A DNA stretch of 64,000 nucleotides from Catajapyx aquilonaris (lineage: Eukaryota), in assembly GCA_000934665.2 (NCBI GenBank), contig JYFJ02000441.1, forward strand, positions 62,001-126,000. Direction: 5' to 3'. The position numbers and the translations under genes are program-made. The notes beneath the pieces are model-generated. The model ran no database searches, had not been told where the DNA came from, and saw nothing but the letters and a program-made list of their open reading frames with translations. This document shows, piece by piece, positions 54,470 through 64,000 of this stretch; position 1 is the stretch's first letter; each line of letters opens with the position of its first letter.

Positions 54470-57400
54470 GTGATGTATTTTATAAAAAATAATCGAAATG
54501 AATTTTAGAAGCACTGTAAAATGTAGTAGCCAACACAAATGACTGACCACAGCGGTATTAAAGAGGTAATATAAATTATGAAAGCCGCGCTTGCGGGCTA
54601 ATGTAACAAGCCACTTAAATTTTTAATTAGCATATTGCTGCGCTAATAAGCGCATCAGCAGTTTTACAATCCTACTTGGCCAGGGGGAAAAAATCAGGAC
54701 GTTTAGTTTATGATTTCAAGATTTATATATTGGGCCATTGAGGGTTAATGCTTCCGGTGTATATTATATTTTTCTAGCCCCGCACAAAAACGAACGGTGA
54801 CAATTTTTAACTTGCAAAAATGGTTGCGAAAGAAGACATAATTGTGCTGCTATTTTCCAGCATTTTATGATGCAGCGTAATTTATTATTGAAACGGTTAG
54901 TGAGAATTATTATTTTATACTTACAAATTACTTCACCTTCTTTATCGTATAGATTGGCGTCACCAGCACATGAGTCGCAGTTTATACTGAAGGTTGACGC
55001 CCATATGAATGATACGCTCCCAGATATTAACTCACAGTGTTGGTCTCGCAATCATTATTTACCTTTACTGCATCAAACGGTATGACAGGCATATGCACGC
55101 CCTTGTAATTCGATATGGTACCACTTTATTGATCCATTTGCGTCTTTTCAGATAACAACAATAGCCCAAGGATAGAGGCAAAAGCTTTTGTTTCTCATAT
55201 CAAAAGGAGGCTGGCAAGGGCAAAATGGTGCAGGGCTTGGGTGTCATTTGTAAAGGAAAGGGAATTCAATACAACCAAAGCCAAGTCGGTGTAAGATTTC
55301 AGATATTCCCATCTTTTTTCCCCCCCTCCGCTTTCAAATATCCAGTTTCCAAACCGACTTAAACACGGGCTTAATCGATTGATTTAGAGGCCTGAGACGA
55401 GTTAACAAGATCTATAAATCTCTATGTGACACATCAGGCACTCTATTCCGATTGCGTGTCTTGTTATAGCCCACAGTCAATGCATAATGGCCCAAAACGG
55501 AGCCCTTATTTTCCATGGACGGTTCTTTTCCAATCAAGAGGAAATTGAAGATCGCTTGCCTCTCGGGATACGTAAAGTGGTAGAGGGGGTATATAAGGAG
55601 GGGGGGAAAGGTCTCAAAAGTTATGAGCAATCTTGTGGAAAAGGCTACGACACGCGAGAAGTGAAGATGTACGACAACCTACTTTGCTTGGAAACTTCCA
55701 GACATCCCAAACATGATAGGCCAGTTATTTTATTTTTATTTTTATTTAAAGGTGAGTGTAGTTTTTTTCTTGACCGCCAGTCTGCTGGTCGTAAATGTTC
55801 TAGAGACAAAACGGCGCGTATATCACACTCGTAAAAATGCCCAGCACAAGTCCCGCAATTCCTCACGAGCGGTCGTTTAGGAACCAGTATTGACATCCAC
55901 TTTAAAAAATTCCTGATACGTGTGTGCAGTGCCACTACCGGTCTTCTTGGGTGGGCCTCGACCCCGAGGTTCGAACCCTAGACCGAGTTGTCGCTACCGC
56001 GTCAACTTCTGGAGCAACTACAGAGAATGCCTGCAGTTTTATAGGATCCAGTTTCGCTATTTTACGACATGGCGCAATTAGTAAGCTCACTGGGGGATTC
56101 GCTCCTTTCAGGAAATAATTTTCGGCAGGTGGGCCACCCCCATTTCGGAAGAGATCATAAACCACGCATTTGTCGACATCCAGGTTGAATATGCTGGGCC
56201 TATATAGGCGACTACGGACCTTTGCATGTTCATAACAACCTCTCCCCTGGTGGAAACCCCCGGCCCATTAAGAATCGTCCCAGACAGCTCCCAAAATTGA
56301 TAGGACCACACGTTGAAAAGGACCATGACCTCCCTGGCAATAAACATCATCCGCCATATTTCTCCGCCACCATCCTTCAGCCTGCCATCAATTCCCTCCC
56401 CAAAATGACCCATCAGTCTTTAACAGGTATGACCCTAAGGACTATACGAATTACTGCATCCTATTATCCGCGCTTGAAAACAAGGCCTCCGTATACAACC
56501 AGGGGGCCACTTGTCATTCAGATGAGACGTCATGTGGAAGAAAAAGAGGCACGGGGTAGTATACATGGACGCTATTGTGTGTCGCCCTGTGCCGCCGATA
56601 TTAATTCCCTAATATATGTTTGGGTGCTCAGTGACCCCCTGCAGGCCCATTATGCCTGGATGACTACTGCTCTTATATTTACTGGAAGAGAGTAGGCGAC
56701 ATCGTAGGACATTAGGGTCGAATCAGCCACCGAAGAAGGGATGAAGATGGTGAAAGCAGTGAAAGGTGACCACAGGGGTTTTGGCCGAGAGGGCCCTTCC
56801 TTTTTTAACCCCCCCGTTTGGCCCAGGAGAAGGCCCCCGGTGTGTCCACAAGCAGCCTTGGCCACCGGAGAGATGGCCTTATCTGGCGGCCATCTCCTCA
56901 GGCGCCGACTGCCTGGCGACGGGAATTTTTCACCGCCCTGCCAAGCCTTTGAAAAATCGTCTGCGCAGCACCCTCAACAAAACCCCCTCCTCCACCCAAC
57001 CCCACGACCCTATACCTCACAACCTCCCCCAAGGTGTGCTATATAACAAGGTATATACAGTAGGCTATAAAATATATAGTCTTTGTTCGGACTGTAATAA
57101 GATGCTTAAGATCTGGCGAAGATGGCTGGGGAGTGCTTGTGCCATCCCAGAATGATGCATGGGAAACGTGCCATTGCAGTCCCAACCGAAGAATTGCAAG
57201 CATTCATTCCTGAGAGGTGATTCTAAGAACTCCGGGAGATATTTTGTTGGCAAATAAATTACACGAGACGCTCCAAGTTGAAAAACACTTGATACATTTC
57301 CGTCGCTATAATTTCATGTTTATCATATTGGCACTATACGTGTACTTAGCAAGTGCATATTGGTTGCTAGACCCTTTGCGTTTTTCACTTTTAAAAACGA

Positions 57401-60400
57401 CTATATAGTTGTTTATATGAATGAATGAAGTTTTTTTTTAAAGTATGGGGTTTTCTCTGTAAAACCCAAGCAAGATATATGCATAAGTTAAAAATACATT
57501 TTTTTCTTCAACATGTGCCTCGTGTATAATACAATATTCTTACTCGCAAGTTATCTCCACAACGTTATAAATTAATTAGCATGAAGCTCATAAAATTCTA
57601 AATAGACTGTTACTAAATTGAGTGTTATACATATGCGTATATTGAAACTGATATCAAAATACACTGTGAAAAATCGGCAATTAACAAGCGCAGAACAGCA
57701 TTAAGTTTACTTGCTATTTTGGCAAATTCTAAAATTTAGTATTTCCTCAAATTAGCAACTTCGAATTTACTGAAAATTAGACTGTCATATAAGGTAGGCA
57801 GAACACTGCTAACTTGTGTGACCATTAAAACAAGTGTGAAGACTTCAATATTATAATTTCGTACTGCGAAGTGTTTGGCACAGTCACGTGGTATGTAGGC
57901 CTATTATCGATCAAATCTTATTGCGGGCACTATTAAGACTCCTTTCGTATATCCTGTGAGTGCCACCATCTGCAGCATGGTTTCTACACGTGAGGAATGG
58001 GACATATAACTCGCAAGTTACGCGAGACGAGTGTCGTAATAATAATTGATAGACACAATAATCATGTCTACTTATTGTACACACTAGAGCGGGAGAGCAT
58101 GTTCCATGCTGCGCACTTCCGAAGGAATCCTCCGAGGAATAAATATATACACAGTATTATCTAGTCCTGAGGGGAAACCAGTGTATATCCATTTTCTTAG
58201 AGATTTCTTCCACATGTCCTGATGTGATATGCACACTTTGGGCCACCGCGACCGATAATGCTGCCACCTGGAGAGACGCGTGGGAACCTTCATTTCGCGC
58301 CACGTCTCCTCGAAGGTGCAAACTGGAACTGCCGAATTATCTACCCCTCCTCATTCCTCCTTCGGCCTAATCTAGTACACGGCTTGTCAACCTGCCAGAT
58401 ACCTTGCCCAGCACATAGTTCCGATAGGCTCTCGCAGGGGAAACGCTGCGAAATTATAGCTGTCACTGAGGGGACTACTATACAAAAGGGGTCTCACACA
58501 ACCCGATAAGGTCACTTTCCACACTTAGCAGCGCACTAATTGGGGCTGCCCGCAATCAGCCCGATTAATATTAAGTTTAATTCCGACTGCGTGCAGACAA
58601 CTACCCAAAAAATTCTCGTCATTTGCACAAAAGAAGTGCGAGAAGCCAAGACAAAAAAAAGCAACAAAGGCGCAAAGTCCCCCATCTCACTAATTAAAAC
58701 CGGAAATCTAAATCACGATCCCAACCGACACATCTCCAGGACAAAGTCGCAATTCCCTCAAGTGAAAAACCCCTGGTTCGTAACGCAAAATTAATGCCCC
58801 TTTCGCGTGGAGCTACTTCAATTGATCCCGAATGCATCCAAACTCGGGCCCGTTTCGAGAAGGAATTATTGGTCCGAGTCACGATGTCGCTATCACTGTG
58901 GCATCGCCACATTAACCTTTTGAGTGCGGAGGGAGAGTTCTGATTAGGACACGGAAAAGAGGAAGTTTCCATGCGGGGAATATATGCAAGGACCTCAGAA
59001 AGAAAAAAGAGAGAGGGGGTGTCCAGCTCAAAGGAAAACCTGTGAATTATTTCCCGCACAATTAGTCCACGAGCACATTCAAGTAATGGCGAGCGTTTAT
59101 TTATCGCTGCCCCATTTTATTTAGGCTTCATTAACTCATTTTCGGCCAGACAGGTCTGTCCGCAACATGCACGGCCGATTCATTGCTTATGCAATATTTA
59201 CACCTTGCGTATTCTTAATACCGGCGCAGGTGCTATTGGCAAAAAGTATCGGCTAATCGCAACGGTGTCAACATTCGACGAATCGGTCACATCCTATATA
59301 AATAGCTGACATACGATATATAGTGTATTTTGTCAGGTATTGTACAGGTTGCAAGGCACAGGTGGTGTTTAACTTTGGCCACTGCTCCGCACCCAGTCCT
59401 CTAGCTCTTTTCTTAGCTTATCGACGACCATCACTTAGGGCTGGCTGGCCCACCAACGTTTTCACCTGCAGCCTGTCATTACGCAATTACACCCACCGAG
59501 GTATATCTTATGTGTTCCCCATGCATGTTCCCAACATGCAAAACATATACTCCCCCATACACAAATATCAAGACACATTAACATCAGCGTGTTTACACAC
59601 GCGGTCGACTAGATGAGGATATATGGCCTCCGGACGTTTTTGATAAATAAATGAACGGCCATCTTGAACCAAGATGGCGATTGAACACGCCCGTTAAGGT
59701 GACACATAAACGTTGCCACCTGCACCTTGTCATTGGTAATTAAAACCCCTACGATACGAGACATGTTTTATGTGTTACGACAAGCAATTAACATAAGACC
59801 CATCTGGAAACGAGCCGTGAAGGCAACAAGGTGGGTTCTCTTCTATCTCTCAAACTGCTCACTTAAGCAAAACACTCCGATAGTTAATACTGTTAATGGC
59901 ATAACTGGCAGTGTTTGCAGTCTCATATAATTGGAGGACCTATATTCTTCGAGAACCTGCAGGTGAATATATGCTAATCAAGCTGATTTGGATCGTCTGA
60001 TCGACAATCCTACATTACAACAGGTTGTACATATTCTTCAGCAGTATGAAGCCCTTGCATCCAACAGCTTTGGTCAAATAGGGCCTCTTGCATGCCGGAT
60101 CCATTTCACGCTCTGTTGATGCGGCACAATCCCATTATGGCGGCCGACACCAGCATTCTCTCCCCTACCAACGACATTCGGAGGGGGCCCCAACTCAAGT
60201 CTCTGGGACCACTGCATCCCATTCTTCATCTGGACGGAGGAGGAGGATGGCTTTTCCTCTCCGTTGACTCGGAAAAACCTAAACCCCCCTCCAAAATGCA
60301 CATGAGATGACTATATACCATCAGCCCGACTAATGGTCCGTGATGAAATGAGAACTGGTACGCCATATGACAACATTTGTGGGCCTGGAAGTGCCAATAT

Positions 60401-63197
60401 ATGGTCGCAGCAAGTCTACTTTATGCACGCATTCAAACCCTTTTCGTCGTGATGTGACATGATGCTCCACACACACATTTAGGTTTTCTCACTCAACACA
60501 CACATTCTCATCATCAATTCTCCCCCGCTTCATCAAAATCAGGGCCCTTTTTTTCTCTCTCTCTCTTCCAAAGGCGTAATCAAATTAACTGCGAGAATAT
60601 TGTAATTTCTCTTGCCGCGTGGGCATCATTTCTGTCAAGGCCAACGGGAAAATCACAGGTTTCTCCTGAACGAGAAAGCTACAAACAAATTGCTCTGCAT
60701 TCCCCCCTCACCCCCTCCATTTGTAGCCCACCTCCCATCCTCGCCTTTACTGGTTGAAGGAAAGAAGAAGAAGAAGAAGAAAAAAAATTGACAGGAAGGT
60801 TTATAATAATGTGCAAACAAAAACCGGAATTCGCACATAGATATATCAATATTTTATTAATACCACATTATCAATGCGATTGTTAAAATACGGTATCGTT
60901 AAATTTGCGATTTTTGCGATATTAGCAATAATTCATTGTTCGATTTTATTCGATATTTACGCATAATCGATTTTCGATATGGAAATCACGTGATGATTCT
61001 TCTTGGGCAATGATTGGTTCCCCTCGCGCATGCGTATATAGGGCGGCATCTGCCCCATTCCCCAGATGCCCCAAACAGGTGAGGCCTGACCCGGACAGCC
61101 CACCTGCGAGAGAGGTGACACGGTCACCAAATGTCACCTGCTGATGGAGACGGAAGCCCACCCCCCGGGGGCCTTATTTGTCGCGTTCCCTATAGTACAT
61201 CCTGGAGCCAGCCTGCTAATTATGACACACCTTATGATTTACGCGCCCCTGGGCTAGATATGGGGTGTATCAGACGCACACATCACACATCATCAAATTA
61301 ATGTGGGCGCGGTCACTTTTTTTTCCACCCAGAGATAATACCAGTGGGAAAGATATAAACTTGGACATAAATAGATTATCGACCGGCCTATTTCAATTAT
61401 TTGGGAAGCTTTCTGCGGCAAAACATGTCACTGTCCCGCTGTTATGTCCGAATTCCCCACACCTTCCCTGTTTTATGCATTAAAATCCCCAAGAGTGGTC
61501 CTGAAAGTCCGCTTAGTATCAGCCAATAAAACCGACAGGGGGAATGTCTTTATCGTCTTTTTCGCGTCACAATGGAAGCAATAAATGTAGCAGGTCAGCC
61601 TGCCGTGCTCTTTCTGGCTATATTAATAGCAAACATTAGTCCTTTAGACGTGAAATGAATAATGCGTAAGATTATGGGGGGGCTATAAAAGAAGGGGCAG
61701 CAAACGGCCGTGTATATCTACCTATCTGAATATATTAAGGCGGCCAATAAATAAGTCATGAAGCTTTGATAGGGCCAACACGGGTGCATAATTACGACCC
61801 AGATAATTAAGCGTCCCCACATATACGTTAGTTTAACTACGCAGCCATTAACTTGGCGCGCGCAAATGACAGGGTCCTTTAGTAGTGCATATATTTTACA
61901 TGTACATTATTTTAAAGGAGCTCAAGATTACATCGGCTTATATTTTACTCTTTATCAACGATCTGGATATGAAGTATATTGCAGAGATTCCACCACATAA
62001 AATGCGCAATTTAGCATCCATGTAGATATTTTTATGTGAGGCAGATTTACTTATAGAGGGCAGTAAAATAATCAAGGCCCAAGTTTAATTGAGTATAGTG
62101 TATGGTTAAGTATAGTTTGTATTTATGTAGCAACCCTTCTAAAGAAAATATAAATCAAGTTCCTTTTAGTTATTGCTATGAATAAACTATCCAATTTATC
62201 GCCGTACACTTCCTATTGAACTAAAGTTTCGGGATGTGAAACAATGTGTTCATAATAGCATTGGATTAATAATTCCTATCACTGGAGGTTGAATTCACTT
62301 TTATTTGGCAGCAATAACCGAAACAAACTGGTGAAAAAGGATACTGCCAGGAAGTGTGTGAGTGACATATGGAGGCAAACAAAGACCATACATACTTAAC
62401 AAAGTTCAACAAGGAAGATGGATGGCAAGAACCTCGTTGTCTTTTCATGGCTGTGTTGTCTCTCACTTAACACATGTATGCATATCACTTCACCCACACA
62501 CGCGCAATTGTTTCGCCCAAAGGAAGAGAAAAAAAGAGCCCTTGTTTGAAGCGTATGCGTCCATGACACCCCAGTAGGGATCAGCAAGGTCAACTCAAAG
62601 GGTTGTTTTACGTTATACGTGACTAATTTCTCTCGGCCACGCTTATAATTTGAGCGGGCAAGATTTTCTCCTTTTCTTTTACCCTCCATTTTTCCTCAGA
62701 CTCACGTTAGGCCCTTTCTTGGATACCCCCCCTTCCATCCATAGCACCCATTTCGAAAAGGCTGAAGGAGTTCTGGCCCGATCTTGACAAGCATGAAAAA
62801 GGCGTGAGGCCATCCCAGCTGGAGTTTGGGCACACAGTGGCCCATTTTCGCCCAAGGAGGTCTCTCTGGTTGTGAGGCTCGCGCTTTTGGCCCAACCAGA
62901 GAATAAGAAAAGAAGAAGAAGAAGAAAAAAAGCCCTCTCCGAAGATGTGTGAGAGATAATTACACCCTCTGTCCATCCTGAACTGAGCATATCTCCCTCC
63001 TGAATGCGGACTGGATTTTTCTCCCCACGTCTTTCCCCCTTATAAAGTTTATCTAGGCAATGCTTCTGAAACGGGTCGAGTGGAAAATTGCCGGTGCAAA
63101 CATGTTTCACACGCTATTACAGAGTCAGTTGCGAATTGTTCGCGCGTGACATGAAAATCGCTAAAATTAGCTAATTATTATTCAACATCACAGAGAT

Positions 63198-63262
63198 GGT
63201 CTGGCAGGTATACGGTGGGGATCGTGCATTACGATAACGTTCCAGGTTCGAATCCCTATGTG
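63198..63262 (+). mobile_element. Possible tRNA-derived SINE head fragment
   Basis: A perfect Pol III B-box GGTTCGAATCCC at 63245-63256, with a weak A-box-like tggcaggtatacgg ~43 nt upstream. It does not fold into a convincing cloverleaf. Confidence 0.3.
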
Positions 63263-64000
63263 GAAAGTTCTTTGCCAACTTCCAGTCCCAATAAGTTGTA
63301 ACAAATTGGTAAAGGGTACATGTGGGGCTAAGATTTAAATATTAAAAATCATAGAGCAAGAAAATTGCCATTTTCCGAGAAATTCCATTACAGTAATATA
63401 AGGATGTGAAAAAAATTAGATCAATATTAGTTTACTCCATGCAGGTTATGCTTCAACTGTTGCTACATTTGCTAACTCTTAACATAATGGCAAAGACGCC
63501 AAGATTCAATACCTGAAAACCTTCCTCTTAAGAAGAAGAAAAAAAGCACAACCAGGTAAAAAAAAAAAAAAGTGGACAGACGTTACCCCCCAGCCATGCA
63601 CACGATCAAAGTCAGGAGAAGAAAAGTTGGGACAGACACAAGATTGACCTGCCAACCCTCCCCAACTTTCAATTACCCATGCAAAAGAGTGAAATAAAGT
63701 ACGCCAGGTAAAGGGGGAGCTGCCGAGTCCTAACCTTCCCCCCTCTGCCCACCTTGCTGGGAAAAAAAACTTTTGAAAAAAAGTGGAAAACAAAAAAAAA
63801 AAGAAGAATGGAGGAGTGGTGGTGGGTTGAGAAGGCACCATCCCCCTTCCAAAAAGTCCACTCTTTTTACTCGAGCCTCTCAACCTGACTGTCAGACCTA
63901 CGCAAGATTAGGGGCCGTGGTCATTTACAGGTAAGGGCACAGTGTAAAAAAAAGAAGGTAAATGCCCCCCGACCTGTCGGTTTTGAGTCATAATATGCCC

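Larger units (their letters stand above)
28357..64000 (-). other. Giant neurobeachin intron (>35.6 kb, open at the right edge) hosting mab-21
   Basis: The acceptor is CAG at 28359-28357. I found no further neurobeachin-like coding exon on the minus strand up to 64000, either in the ORF track or by reading. A very short exon could have been missed. Confidence 0.8.

Noticed and set aside
55950..55990. tRNA gene suggested by a B-box-like GGTTCGAACCC (similar motif at 63245)
   Set aside because: No cloverleaf and no convincing A-box or oligo-T terminator. At most these are SINE remnants.

Overview
Eukaryotic, intron-containing animal DNA, most likely from an arthropod: the neurobeachin and mab-21 translations read like insect rugose and mab-21. 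This is not a prokaryotic window, and I found no CRISPR array, rRNA or operon. The first ~10.7 kb is a compact cluster of five spliced genes reconstructed by hand from GT-AG sites and frame continuity. These are a partial coiled-coil/acidic gene, a Myb/SANT-like gene with a BESS-like C-terminus, a coiled-coil + C2H2 zinc-finger gene, MCTS1 (with a U12-type minor intron) and SDR39U1. From 13.3 to 28.4 kb lie the last 14 coding exons of neurobeachin/rugose on the minus strand (end of PH, BEACH, WD40). Everything from 28,357 to the window end appears to be one very large neurobeachin intron (>35 kb). It contains an intronless mab-21 gene on the opposite strand, which is a known conserved metazoan nested-gene arrangement, together with candidate cis-regulatory modules and small non-autonomous transposon relics. 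I did not find a convincingly new biological system. The most original leads are a possible uncharacterised coiled-coil/C2H2 paralog family, a strong-Kozak uORF resembling the mab-21 start, and candidate homeodomain, Pho/YY1 and CTCF elements around mab-21. No database searches were run.
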